Notes under the pieces: model-generated
What the model saw: the letters and a program-made list of their open reading frames with translations, nothing else
Told to the model about the DNA's origin: nothing
Database searches by the model: none
Shown here: piece by piece, positions 13,061 to 35,372 of the stretch
Position numbering within the stretch: position 1 is the stretch's first letter
Layout: each line of letters starts with the position of its first letter
Translations under genes and position numbers: made by a program
Assembly (NCBI GenBank): GCA_965213685.1
Contig: CBDBZY010000051.1
Span: 1 to 64,000, forward strand
Direction of reading: 5' to 3'
DNA length: 64,000 nt
Source: a bacterium
Lineage (GTDB): Bacteria > UBA8248

Positions 13061-13069
13061 TGTTTTGCT

Positions 13070-13083
13070 GTTGCCATGGATAC
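13070..13083. promoter_or_regulatory. RFX X-box in the CCDC74/KIAA0753 bidirectional promoter
   Basis: GTTGCCATGGATAC matches the RFX palindromic consensus. Confidence 0.7.
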
Positions 13084-13117
13084 CTTGGCATCGATCAGCA
13101 GATGGGAAAGCCTAGAA

Positions 13118-15792
13118 ATGAAACATGACAGCACAAAGTATGTAAGCGTATGAGGGAGAGCGGGTGGCCGTGTGACGCTGCTCTGTCTGTTCCTACTGTA
13201 GGGCTAGGGCGACATGCAAGTAAATTCTCTAATTGGAGCCCACTCTTCCCTGCGATATCTGAATATACGGCTTCACGATCAGTTGAGGTTTACTATGGCT
13301 TCCCACAGCCAGTCTGACGGACCCCACACCTCCTTCCAGCCCTGCCCGTCTCCAGTGGTAGTACAGAAACTTTCAGGTCAACCATACCTTGTGGGAGACA
13401 GGCTGGCTCTGGCTGTGCGTCTGGCACGTAGAGACCTGCAGCATGGCCTTGCACACAGTTCAACATACCTCCCTTCCTCACAACCACTCCCTTACTCCTC
13501 ACAACATGCACCAATGTCTCGGGGATTTTTTGAGAGTGCAAGGAGTGAAGGAGGAGGAGTGGAGGGTGGGGTGGAGGGGGTGGAGGTGGTGGAGGATACA
13601 GCAAAGACCAAAGATGATGATACTTGCAGCAGAGGTGAAAGTGGATCTCAAGATGTGACAGACCACAGGCAAAGTGTAAAGGAAGGTGGTGTGAAGAATG
13701 ATTGGGATGGTGCGAGTGGAGATGTGAAGGGAGGCACCAAAACAGGAAGAGATGTCAGTGATGAACTTATTCAGCTGAAGTTGGAGCTAAATCATCAGGT
13801 TCAAAGGCTTTATGAGATATGTACCAGAAAGATAGCGTGTGGAGGCAGAGAAGAAGAGGAGAGGGAGAGGAGGAGGTTAGCAGAGCAGGTTGCTGTGATG
13901 GCTAGGAAGCTCTATGGCCTCCAGCACCAGGTGGGTGTGGCCATGGGTGTGGCTGCACACAAGGCAGTGGTTTCTAATCACCTGTCTAGAAATATTTTCC
14001 TGTTTACTGTCTACCTGGCTGGGCTAGAGGTGTTCAATTATTGCACCACTCTCGCCCAGGGCTTAATGAACATTCTTTGTAAATGGTTGTTGACTTAGTG
14101 ACATTCATCACTGCAGGTATGGGCCACTGGAGTAGGGAGGAAACCACTGCCTCATAGGAAGGTTATTTTGGCTCTCAATCCTCTACATGCATTAGCGGCT
14201 AATTTGTCAAAGGAGACAGCACTCTGATCCTTGTTGTCTTTTGTTTGCGTTGTCCTCCCACATTATCCTCTCTTACATGTCACACACACACCACCATGCA
14301 CATGCAATACCCTCGCACATGAATACACATGATTCCCTCCCCCCTTAGAAATTAGCAGCAGCTCGCAGAGCTGCTACGAGGGCTCTCCACAACTACACCT
14401 CTACGCTTCACCCACTCCCCAATGAGCTACTGCAGATGGTGGGGGTACTGAGTGAGAGAGGGGACAGGCAGACTGCACAACTGCTGTCCCTGGCACAGGT
14501 TGTCTCATATGCTGATACCCTAGAGCTCTGCTCAGCTAATAGTTCATATCTCATCCCTTCAGATGTACTCAGACACCCTGAGGAGTGCCCACCAGAAGAA
14601 GAGCTGTGGTAGCCCCTCACAGCAGTCAACAGTGAAACATAATAGAAAGAAAAGTCCTAGAAAGAAGAAGAGACATCAGCAGTGTGGTATGGTGTTGCCA
14701 CGACAACCTTTTGGGTCCAGAAGAGGAGGTCTTGTCCACTACTCACAACCAACTCTCTCCTCTACTGCCAGATCCAGGCCAAGTGTCAGGCACTCCATAC
14801 ACATCCCACCACAAGCAGGAGACAGAAAATATGCAGAGCACACTGTGAACTCTAAGGGAAGCAGGAGGAGGGCAAGGCAGGGCCGGGTGAGAGATTTGAA
14901 GACAGCAATCTCCCTCATTGCAGCCATGCAGGAAGATGGTGTGGGGGGTGGGGAGGGAGCAGATGAAGATGGAGGAGAAAGTAAGGATGAGGGTAGAAGT
15001 CAGACAGGTGAGGGAAGTTCACAGTCAGAAACAGAGACTTTGACAGTTGCACCACAGCTGACAAAACGTGCCAGTCCTTCCAACATTTCCCCTCCTCCTT
15101 TGCTTCTGAGACGTTCTGCGTGCCCAAACAGCCCATCCAGCCCTGCTCTCAGTGAATCCTTACAGAACACAGTTCAGGAGTGCCAGAGGTGAGGCTGCTG
15201 CCTGTGATGGCAATGACACACCAGCTTACCAATTCATGCAATTCTCTTGAAAGCTTGGAACAGGGAAGAACAGTGGAACTTCCAAATTTAGTAGCTATGG
15301 TAACCAGTCTGCAGCAAATGAAGGTGAGCTCCCACAACTATGTTCACCTCTCCATCTGCACTGGTGTTTGTGTTGGCACCTGTTAGATCATGTTTACATC
15401 ACAGGAAGTGGAAGTGGAGATCAGGCAAAAGTGGAATGGGAGAAGCTACACAGAGCCCCTTGGTGGTCATCACCCCAGCAACACTTGCTCTGTTCCCTCT
15501 TCTCCCTCCCCAGACTCAAGGAGAAGTAATGGGTCTCTCCCAAACACAGCATTGGTTGACAGGAGAGAGTTTGAGCTGTGCAAGCTGATGAAGAGGTGGG
15601 CAAGGGGTACAGCTAGTGTTTGAAGACCTACATACATGTACTTGACCCTCTCCTGACCTCTGCAGGCTTGCCAATGATCTCTTGGAGGAAAGTATAGATG
15701 CAGTGTGTGAGGAGGTGGAGGAAATATGCAGTGGGTTGACAAAGAACAACTTTTCCTCTGAATTCTTCCCACCTCCAGCTGTCTTGCACTAG
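13118..15792 (+). CDS. KIAA0753: Moonraker / KIAA0753 (OFIP) homolog; exact start uncertain (13118-13295)
   Basis: DRLALAVRLARRDL, KLAAARRAATRAL and the terminal exon LANDLLEESIDAVCEEVEEICSGLTKNNFSSEFF, as recalled for moonraker. Confidence 0.75.
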
Positions 15793-16156
15793 TGTTTGTA
15801 ATAATATTGAACCTGTACAATAGTACTGAATCCTCACAAGGGTAGTGGAGTACTCCACTGCTGGTTATCTGGTGTCAGCTAATATTCAGCCCTCTCTTGT
15901 CACAACAGGGAATTGAGGCATGCAGCTGCACCCACACCACCACACATCCCCCCCCCCCTTGCATAACTGAAGGAGGTAAACAGTATTGATCCAGCAAAAT
16001 TCAAACATGATCCATGAAATCTCACACAATATTGTTACTAAAAATAAGAGTCACTGTGTTCTACAAAAATGAACACAATCTCATGATTAAAAGCACTACT
16101 ATAAAACTAGGACAAGAGAAATCTTCACTACTAAACTTCACATTCTGTGTACACAT

Positions 16157-17219
16157 CTACACGTTTGGGCTCTTTACATTCAACTGTAGCAGAGAAAACA
16201 CACAACAGTGATATGTGCTGCATGAAGCATTTAAAGGTTAGTGCTTACCTCAACATCAGCATTGTACCTGCTGAACGGTCGGCCAGTGTTGGTGAAAAAA
16301 GGAGTTGTTCCAAAGTAGATGATCTGACAAGGAGAGTGGAGGGGAATCAGAATTATGGAAAAATGGTGATTTCTTAAGTGGACTTACAACAAAGATTCCG
16401 GTAATGAGCAGGCCAACCCACTCCCCCACCAGCCAACTGCCCCAGTACTCATCAGTCAGCCAGTCTTCTGCAACCACGGCAGACGTGAAGGTGTTGCGAA
16501 AGTTGTTGTCATCACTGAACAGGCGAGTACCATCTTGCCAGAAAGCCCCTGACCCACACACAAGGGAAAGGGTGAGGAGGAGGTGGGCCTGACATGGTTA
16601 AGGGGTACTACTGCTGCTATCGCTAGAACATCACGCATGCAGGTAGTCCATTTCAAAACTGCCCCTCCCCATGCGCGCACCAGTAGGATACAGCCAGGGA
16701 GATAATGAGACCCAAGACGGGCACCGCGTGAAGGATCAGGTGCAGCACAGTCAGTATCACAGCCACAGGAAACACGGCGGCAAAAAAGTAGTAGGTGACG
16801 GCGTCAGAATCAGCGCGGTTCTTGGGAAAGTCTTCCTCTCTGTCCTGCTGGGAAATCACCGGATCGCCTATCGGGATCGTTCCGTTTCTCTCTCTAGTCA
16901 GAAACGGAAGAGGCACTCTCGCGTTGTTGAGGGAGAAGACCCTGAGCCTGTTATTTTCACCAATGTCGTTGTAGCTGCAGCCAAACAGAGACAGTGAATA
17001 ATGCGAGAGAACTTCGCTCAGGCCAGACACTCACAAGTTGTCCGCGTTGTTGAAGCCACCAAAGCAGATGACGAAGATCAGCCAGCCAACTGAAGAGGCC
17101 AGGATCGCGCACAGCGCTACCTGGAGAGGAGAGGGAGAGAGAGAGACGGTGATCGTCCCTCAAGCATTGGAGTATGAGAACGCACATACCTTACGAGCCC
17201 AACCATCGAGCACCTTCAT
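16157..17219 (-). CDS. Uncharacterised four-TM membrane protein, paralog 2 (6 exons)
   Basis: MKVLDGWARK|VALCAILASSVGWLIFVICFGGFNNADN|YNDI...EEDFPKNRAD...|...GSGAFWQDGTRLFSDDNNF...WLVGEWVG|...LNVKSPNV*. Confidence 0.78.
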
Positions 17220-18407
17220 CTTTTCACAGACCTTGGCACTGCAGGATTGAGTTTGATTGGGTGTTTTTGCACGAGTGACTGAAGATCAGACTGCACTGCG
17301 TGCGCGCGCGGCTAAGTAAGCAAGCGTACGCGTAGCGCGCTAGCGCGCGTATACGTACGTATGTGCGCGTAATCTACTTCTCACGTGATATTGCGTGAAG
17401 AATCGGGTTAACGTTCGCAGCCTTCCAATTGTATCACGCAGGAATAGCCTTAGTTTTCCAGCAGTTATATACTTACTAAGTTGGACAGTGGCTGCACTTA
17501 GTCTCGCGAGCCATACGTACCACGCCGCGTACGTCTAGTTCAAGGTTTGACAGTTTCAATATTTCACTGACTGTTAATTAGGTAGACTAGCTCGTTCACC
17601 TGATCGTGGTCCCTTACAACTTCCTACGCCCCTGCATACGTATGACAGACAGTCAAAAGAGGGTGCCGTAGGAGTTATTCAAGTCCGCACATCTTGGGAA
17701 GTCTATATTCTGATTGTTTTGTTCACTTCCCCAATTTGCATACATTATTTTTAGAGTGATACGTTGAGCAGGTACTACTGATATGTTGCCCACTTCCCAT
17801 TACACGGGACTATGCCAAAATAAATAGACTCTGTTATGTACCTTGTCCACAACAACTATTTTGTGTACCTGCTGCATGACTCCATCATTGCTAAATGTGA
17901 TATCATGCATTACTATAATAGTGTTACAGCCTAATGTTTTTCAACAGTTGGCTCCATGCTCCCCCTGGATGTAACATTATACATTATTGCAATGGTGGTA
18001 CAGCCTACTGTTTTCAACACTTGACTCGAATGTATGACTGAAATGTTGCAATGGTGCAACAACCTACCATTTTCAGCATTTGACTCCTCTGGAGTCTCTG
18101 AGTGTGGCCATATGCATATTTGCAATGGTGTTATACAGCCAACTTTATCTTCCCCCTGTGGCATTACGCATAACTGAAATGCTGTTATAAGTATTACATG
18201 GTGCTTCTGCAGGCCTGTCAGCTGACAAGTGGTTGGGGTGGGGTCTTGTTCCCAACTTGTGGTTCTTTTTGTGTACAAAGTAGTCAGTGTGCTGGAAATT
18301 TTTTACTTCCTGAGGTTAATTGTGGTGGTCTGTCTGTCCACAGGTTTTTCTGGCAATACGTGCAATCAGAAGTAAAACAAAAGACACCATTGTGGGGTCG
18401 AATTTAG

Positions 18408-18799
18408 GGCCTGAGGATATTATTTCCGAAAGTATGCCTATTAATCTATCCCCTTATTCCCAGAATTTTCATCCATTATTCTTTCAAATCTTCAAAGTTT
18501 CTTCAAACTTATTGCACAAAGTACATTACTTTGTTACATTTGCACTAGTAGAGTATCAAACAAAGCATGACATGTTGGGAACATTGTAGTGATTGTTTTA
18601 CTGAACTATGGGAGTGATGCTTCACATATTTTTACAGAGTGGGTGATACTGAGTTACATATATTCAACCATTGTTTTTAGCTAGGCCATAATTATGGTGT
18701 AATAGTATATAGTTTGTCCCCATCAGGGAAGGAAGCCTCTTCCCATTATACTGGGAATATTCTAGCTTCCTATTATTCCTGGCATAATATCCTCAGGCC
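18408..18799. mobile_element. MITE-like element, about 390 bp
   Basis: 16-bp terminal inverted repeats ggcctgaggatattat (18408-18423) and ataatatcctcaggcc (18784-18799), with an AT-rich non-coding interior. Confidence 0.65.
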
Positions 18800-19104
18800 T
18801 ACCTAGGTACGAAGCTATAGTATGTTCACACGCGTACGTGCACAGACCCTACATACAAGACAAGCCCATGAGTGGACATTATATTATCAGCCACGAGACG
18901 CTCTGGGAGCCCGCTTGCGCATGCGCACGCCCAAATACGGAATAAACTCAACATAGTGCAGCAGTATACAGAAAGAAAGAGTGCCTTGTTTACACGTCTT
19001 TATGTTACAGCAATGGCCTTGTTTTTCCTCGTGCTTGGTTAACAGTTACTATTCTAGCAAGTGACATTACATCTGTATTGTTCTTTATGATGCTAGTTCT
19101 TCCC

Positions 19105-20181
19105 CTACTCTGCAGCTTGTGGAGCTGGCAAAGGGCTGTCAGGTTCTTTGGTCTCCAGTTCATGTTCCTCCACAGGTTCCTGTATGATGTAAAGTTAATG
19201 AAGCCATTTATATAGCTCACTTTGAATGAGCGTACCTGTACCTGGGCCCTGCTGCAGGGAGCCGAGTACAATGGGAAAAACATCATGAAGACCACCTGCA
19301 TTGGGAAAGGTTAGAGATCAGTATGAACATGATTGTTTTTAGTAATAATTGTCTCTTAAACTTGCCAGCATGACAAGACAGAAGGTCACACCCACCCACT
19401 CAACCACAAGCCACAGGCCATAATAGCGCTGAGTGAGCCAGTCATCAGGCAGAATGTCAACACCATTTGGTGCTTCCCCAAATTCATTCTGGAAGTTGTT
19501 GTCTGCACTGAACAGGCGACTGCCAGTGACCCAGAATGCTCCTGCACCACACACTATGTTCAACCCCAGTAAGAAGTGGCTCTGTGTATGGTCAACGAAA
19601 ACAGTGCAGCAGAAGAGGCTGCCAGCAGTGGGTGACTTGTGGTGTGTAGTGAGGATACAATCACTCCAAATATGAAAAGAGAGTGAAACACTAGGTGGAG
19701 GATCAGGGTGGCAAAGAGGAAGGGGAAGGAGATCATGTAGCACCAGTGAGGAAAGAAATCTGGGTCTGCACGCTGCACTGGGAAGTCTTCTTCTATGTCC
19801 TTCTCTGAGCGTGGGTATGTCAGAGTGTCTATTCCGAGATCCTTGTTGGGGGTGAAGGTGTGGTTGCCTTGGCGGATGTCATTGTAGCTGGACAGAGATA
19901 TGAGTACATAGCTATAGTAGCTATAGGGAAGCATGGAGGGAGGAACTTACAAGGTGTCATCATTATTGAATCCACCAAACCCCACAACAAACACTATCCA
20001 TCCAACAGCTGCAAGGCCCAGAAATGGAAGGGATATCTGTAGAATATACATTACTTTACTGACCTTTAGCTCTACGCAGTCTAGTTGATTGCAAACTTGG
20101 GTGCATCAGACACACACGATGTCATGCAAATATAGCCAGTAGCTCTATTACCTTGCGTGCTGCTCCATGTAAAAAGTGCAT
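19105..20181 (-). CDS. Uncharacterised four-TM membrane protein, paralog 3 (about 6 exons)
   Basis: MHFLHGAARK|ISLPFLGLAAVGWIVFVVGFGGFNNDDT|YNDI...EEDFPVQRAD...GAGAFWVTGSRLFSADNNF...WLVVEWVG|...APQAAE*. Confidence 0.78.
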
Positions 20182-20367
20182 CTTTAGTTTGATTCAGCCA
20201 ACTTGCACACGTTCAAAAAGAGGGCGTAGCTGGGACCTTGGGCGTGTCCCGCGCACAACGCAGTGCATAATAGGATTTGCGCAGCAGGGGGCATGACGTC
20301 ATGCATGTAATCAAACCTTTTTAAATAATTATAACGAATTGGAGCGGCGGAAAGTACAGCAGACAAG

Positions 20368-23300
20368 ATGGGGAAGAGACAGCACCAGAAAGATAAAATG
20401 TAAGCAGTGGTAACAGTGCCGGGGCGGTGTAGACCATGCTACAGTGTAATGGTGCGTTTTAAATGGAATTGCTTGTCTTAGGTACCTGACGTGTTCCGAG
20501 TGGACGGAGCTCTATGGAGGAAAAAAAGCAGGTGCGTAGGTGTGTGCTTTCTTTGCATATGCTGTGCTCTATGAGTTACTCCTTCCAGAACATGGGAACA
20601 AAGCTGGCTTCAGACGACTGCCCTTCTATTGCTGTGCCCTGTCCTTCCAACCATTTGAATACCCACTGTGTACCCCTGAGGGCAATGTGTTTGACCTCAT
20701 GTGAGACCAGAGGGAGGCAGTGGATGGGTTGTAGTTGCTGTACTGATCACTGCACACCATCATTACAGGAACATTGTTCCGTATCTCAAGAAATATGGCC
20801 ATAATCCCCTGACAGGGAAGGTACCATTCTCTGTGTGAGCAGCCCTTGCTGTGCTTGATGTGCTGTGCTCTGACCAACAGCTGCTGGATGCCAAGTCACT
20901 GTTCAAGCTGAACTTCCACAAGAACTCTGATGGTAAGCACTGTGTATGCATGGTCCCAACACAGGCACATGTCCCCTACCGGCACTCCTGTACCACGCAT
21001 GCAGGGAAGTACCACTGCCCAGTAACGTACAAGGTGTTCAATGAAAATACTCATATTGTAGCTGTGCGAACAACTGGAAATGTCTACAGTATGGAGGTAG
21101 GTAGGGAGTGGCTAGCTGACCTCACTCCCTCGCTCCCTCGCTCCCTCACTCCCACCCTTCTGGCCAGGCTGTGGAGCGTCTCAATCTGAAGCCCAGCAAC
21201 ATGCGAGACCTGATCACTGATGAACCATTTACTAGAGCTGACCTTGTGACTCTGCAGGATCCCACTGACTTGGACAAGTTCAACATGTCCACCTTCCACC
21301 ATATCAAGCACAGCCTCTCTGCAGAGGAGGAGGAGGGTCAGGAGGGAGTGGATGGGGAGAGCATGGAGAGGTGCTGCAGCTGTTTGATGCTCCATGTTTC
21401 CTATGTTGTCAGAGGAGGAGCGTGCAAGGCGGGACCCCTCCTACTACCTGAAGATGCTGAATCCCGAGACCCGTGCAACACTAGAGCAGCTGTACCAGCA
21501 GAGCCACCAGCCAGTGAGCTGCCCCTTGTGTGTGCAGAGCTACAAGTGGAGTAGTTACCACCACCTTCCCACCATCCCCCTCCCGATCTCCTTTCACTCT
21601 GAAGGAAAACAAACCAAAACCAGAAGCTAAGAAGCCAAAGGCTACCTCCAGAACATCGGTAATTAAGGCTGTAGGCCATTGAGTCTCCACACCACCTTGT
21701 CTCTTCCTTCCCCTACATAGGCACACTACTCCACAGGGGCCATGGCGCAGGGATTCACTTCCACTACTCAAGCCCCAGTCACAGAGAATGAAGCTGCTGT
21801 CCTGGACCGAGACACTCTGCGCTATGCCAAGATCAAGAAGAAAGGTTAAGATGAGTGGAGGTTTGCTGTGTATTTGCCTCATTCTCACCTCCCTCCTCCT
21901 CCCCCTCCCTCATGGCTTTGCAGGCTATGTTCGACTGCACACATCACTAGGAGACTTGAACCTAGAGCTATACTGTGACATAGTGAGCCACCATCAGCCA
22001 CCTCTCCTCCACACTCACCTCCACATATTCATCACTGCCCCTTCTCCATGCCATGCACTCATCACTATTCCCCCTCCTTCATGCACTCATCGCTATCAGT
22101 CCTCTCCACACACTCATCACTACATGTACTTCCTCTCCACACACTCATCACTTATCTCTTTGTACATGGTGGTAGGTACCACTGGCCTGTGAGAACTTTG
22201 TGAAGCACTGTCACAATGGCTACTATGATGGGACCATATTCCACCGCTCCATTCGGAACTTCATGGTCAGTACATTGGCCCCAACTACTGCCATGCTATC
22301 CTGTATAGCCTAGCCTTCCTTCCTCACTGCTTCCTCAGATCCAAGCAGGAGACCCCTCTGGCACAGGCAAGGGTGAGGTGTTCTACTCCTAAATATACGA
22401 ATGGCCATTCACTGTCCAGTCTTTCCACATGTGCTGTACTGAGTGGTAGATGTGTGACTACAGCAGTGATACTAGCTGGCACTTCAGCAGTGTTTTAAAA
22501 GGATTTTGTTCTGCTGCTTGTATTTGTAGTAGAGCATGGGAGTATGTGTTAGGTGTGTGTTTGCTGCTGGTTAGGACAGAGTTTGAGACAACCCTCCCAT
22601 ACAGTGCATGTATTGTAACACAATGATTATATTTAGTCTTGCTGTGTACAGGAGGAGTATCAGTATGGGGAAAATCCTTCAAGGATGAGTTTCGGCCCAA
22701 CCTCACACATACTGGTTAGTACTGGTGTATTGTGTGGGAACACTGAGTGGAGAGGGAGTGGGAGGTCACCAGGAAGAGGCTCTAGTCACAAGTGTTGAGT
22801 CGGCAGGTTATGAGCTCAATGCCATGCAGTGGAGCATGTGGTGACTGTGGTGCTGCTAGTGTGCTGTGTATCCTGCACAGGTCGTGGGATAGTGAGCATG
22901 GCCAACAGTGGACGCAACACTAATACCTCACAATTGTACGTTCTTCATCATGTGTTTTGGTGGGTGGGTGGGTGTGTGGGGGGGGGGATAGTGTCACCAG
23001 TTCTCTTGCCCTGGACAGCTTCATCACATTCAGATCGTGTCGACACCTCGACAACAAACACACGGTGTTTGGAAGGTACAGTTCAGTACTCTGATTTTTG
23101 TGGACTTTTACCTCTAGACATACACGTTCACCAACCTCCAGAGTGGTGGGGGGTCTGGAGGTTCTGGGCTTGATGGAAAAAGTGGAAACTGATGAAGAGG
23201 ACAGGCCTAAGGTAGAGCTTCTCCACCTTCACCTGTTCTGTGTGCCACTGTTCTCATCTGGGCCACAGGAGGAGATCAAAGTGTTGAAAACGTCAGTGTT

Positions 23301-23688
23301 TGTGGATCCATTTCAAGAAGCAGAAGAGCAAGTAGGAGAGATCTCCTGCTTTTTGTCATGTGTTCCCCTCACCTTACATAACTACTGTGTATTCTAGTTG
23401 AAAGCCGAAGAAGAAAAGGAGAAGGAAGTGGTGAACAGGCCACCACCTGCAAAGGTGAGAGACTAGAGTGGCACTTTGGAGGACACTCAATTTGATCTCA
23501 CCCCCACACAGGAGGCAGCTCCCAAGGCCTACCACAGCGGAGTGGGGAAGTACATTCCTACTCTGAAAGGAAGAGGAGGGAAGAGGGGGAGACGGGAGGA
23601 GGAGGAGGAGGAGAAGGGACGGCAACACCCTGAGAGCAGCAAGAAACAAAGACTGCAGTCATCCTTTGGGGACTTCAGCACATGGTAG
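20368..23688 (+). CDS. PPIL2: PPIL2 (Cyp60) U-box/cyclophilin E3 ligase
   Basis: MGKRQHQKDKM, FRRLPFYCCALS, YHCPVTYKVFNENTHIV, GYVRLHTSLGDLNLEL, SMANSGRNTN, C-terminal FGDFSTW*. Confidence 0.95.
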
Positions 23689-24172
23689 ATATGGCCTAGT
23701 GCAGGTCTGCTGTACCTTGGCTCCTTCTATTCACCATGCTAAAACTGTTCATATGCTCCTACGACCTCATGCCATGGTGCATCCCAGCAATGTGTGTTCA
23801 AGCAATGTCCACTTGTATATACATTAATCAGTAGTGATGTGGTTTGTGGAGGACTGAAGCTATTACATTACACAAAAACACAGATACCAATCAGTGACAG
23901 AATACCAGAGTCCACACAAGGAAGTACTGGTCACTTGACCTTCATAATGTGTACACACACATACACACATGCACACATACACACACATGCACACATACAC
24001 ACACATACACACATACACACACATACACACACATGCACACAGGCATACATGCATGATAAGAACACAAACTGATTGTGATGAAGAGTAAATGAATAAGATC
24101 TGATGAGAGTATGATATGAGGAGTGTTCAGATGCTGCTGAGGGTAAAAAGAGTGTGAGTGTGGTTGGGTGTG

Positions 24173-25260
24173 CTAGTCCCAGCCATTGTCTTTCACCATG
24201 TGTGCCAGCTCAATGATAAACTTCCCCTCCTTGTACTTCTGACTGGCTTCAAATGCATGTTCCTTGAGGAAGGGAGGGAGGAAGATTGTCTGTATAATTC
24301 CCATGTGTATTACACTCTGCACTCCAGTATCCAGGTTATTAATGAAGTCTTCACACTAAACCACATGCATGGAATTACTAAGTGCACCAGCTGTACTGGG
24401 TCAGGGGTCAGCTGAGTTGACACACTGAACCGCTGTTGGGTTGTCCTCATTGCCCACACCCCCCACACCCTGCACTGCCTGCTGTAGGTAATGACAGGTC
24501 TACAAGGTGAGCTACAAGCCTAGCCAGCTCCTGCTCCCACACCAGTCAGGGCACAAGGGGAAGGACACAGCCTAATATGTCACAGGAGTGTTGCACAGTG
24601 AGGGGGTGCTCTTGGCAGGATGAGGGGTCTGTGTACAGCAATGGTCACACCAGCTGGCTGTAACCCTCCCTAGGAATCCACTGTTGACATTCCAGCCAAA
24701 GGCCAGTACACAGTCACTCATTTGCTGAACCATGATCCCTTGTGGCAACTCAATGATTGCCCTATAGTGTTAGGCCCCAGAGGCTGATTCCTACCTCTAT
24801 GCTCCTCCTCCAACCCCCTCCCTTCCATATTAGCCTGGCACTTGGCAACATTCTGCTACCACTCACATATTTCCAACCAAGTGTTGTTTTACAGGAGCTG
24901 CAGAAGATGTCGGCCACAGCGTGCAGCCCAGTGAGCAGGAATCGCTCCTCTGCACGGCCACAGCCAATGTTCACTCTGTTACAACAGAAGGACACCATAC
25001 AATGAATGTTTGCGAGTGGAGCAGCACAGATTATAGAGCCTTACACTTTGTTGAAGAGATATGCTTTCCCTTGACTGCCTTGAAATGACTAGCGAGGGAA
25101 AGGAGAAAAGCATGACAGCAACGGAGGCGCACACATAAGCTTACAACAATACCTTGGATATTAGCTCGTCATGGTTTGCTAGGTGCGCTCTACAGTGGAC
25201 ACAACAGTACCGCCTGTGGCATTGGTCAGGAAGAAACTCTTGAAATTTTCGTTTGCCCAT
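24173..25260 (-). CDS. YPEL: Yippee-like protein (YPEL1-4 class), 4 exons
   Basis: [19 protein letters not shown]|[15 protein letters not shown]|VNIGCG...[24 protein letters not shown]|[22 protein letters not shown]. Confidence 0.95.
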
Positions 25261-25657
25261 GTTCGACCACTCGCTCGCCCACGGATCGCGGAGAGGGTGG
25301 TGGACGATGGAAGGCGGGCCGGGGAGTCACGGAGTGCCGCTCTCACGTATGGTGCCTCTGGAAACGTTTCACACAAGCGTTGCTCAGTTCTCTCATTTAT
25401 CGTGCGCTCCTGTGTACCAGATATTTGTTTACTTCCCTACTACATGAATTGCGTTATGCCAGATGTCCGCGTGATGGCAACTAATTAGTGGCCGCTATGC
25501 ATCCTTTGTAGTTACTCTCCGCCCCCTTTCCTCGCCCACCGGAAACCATGGCACCTCGCTTTTGCTTAGCACTCTGAACAAAAAGGCTTTTGCCACCTCT
25601 TGCAGAACGCGGAGTGTACCGCTCTAGGTTTAAGATACAACAACCCCCAGAGACGAC

Positions 25658-27819
<2,162 letters not shown>

Positions 27820-28089
27820 ATCTGCCTCTGCTAATCTCTTACCCGAATAACAATCTTATTAACCTTCTCTAGTTTTTTGTTTTCTTGTGGGATTTTTTAA
27901 TGTCATTTCACACTGACGCTGAACGCATGCGTGTGTGTGCTGTCATTGCGGTGTTTAATGCCAAGGCTATAGATGGACACGCACACGCAGCGCAGATCAC
28001 AGAACTAGACGATGCGACTCACGTGATGAAACTAGTGTCTATGCTATGCTTGCGGTAAGTAAGCGGATCTGATCTGTCGAGTGGCAGCT

Positions 28090-30470
<2,381 letters not shown>

Positions 30471-30827
30471 TCCTTGGGGGAGCTCCTATCATCAACCGCC
30501 ACTTTTCCATCATCAATCACACATGTAGCTTAAGAATGTACTATATCTCAATCACATCTTCCCCACTCATTCACTCACTCAATCCTCTCATGGCAACAGC
30601 AGAACAGTAATCACTATTACACACAAGTACGATGGTTGTGTAGCCAGAAAATGCAACCAAAGTGCTCCTTTTATTTTTAATTTATAAATAATTGAATCAT
30701 CAAACTTCCTAAGCATGTTACATGATATAACTAATATATCATGATCATACACACACACACATGGTATGGAGTGTGTTCAAAGAGTGCAATGACTGAAACA
30801 GTGTATACATACATGTGTGTGTAGTTG

Positions 30828-35199
<4,372 letters not shown>

Positions 35200-35372
35200 G
35201 ACACGAGGACCACCGCTTAGTCAGCACTGTGGCCGGGCGAGCCCCTCCCATTCGCGTGTTGTGTACGTAATTATACAGAGTGCTACATGATTGCCATTGC
35301 AGGTATAAATCAACTGTGTCACTGCTGATAGTACAGTGAAGTCACTGATTGTGGCATACTTCTAGGACAGTG

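Noticed and set aside
17931-18589. ORFs between TM paralogs 2 and 3
   Set aside because: No motifs or consistent splice structure, and they overlap a MITE and AT-rich degenerate repeat sequence.
24074-24140. C/D-box snoRNA-like pattern (GTGATGA...CTGA)
   Set aside because: No terminal stem, no recognisable rRNA antisense element, and not intronic. Such boxes are common by chance.
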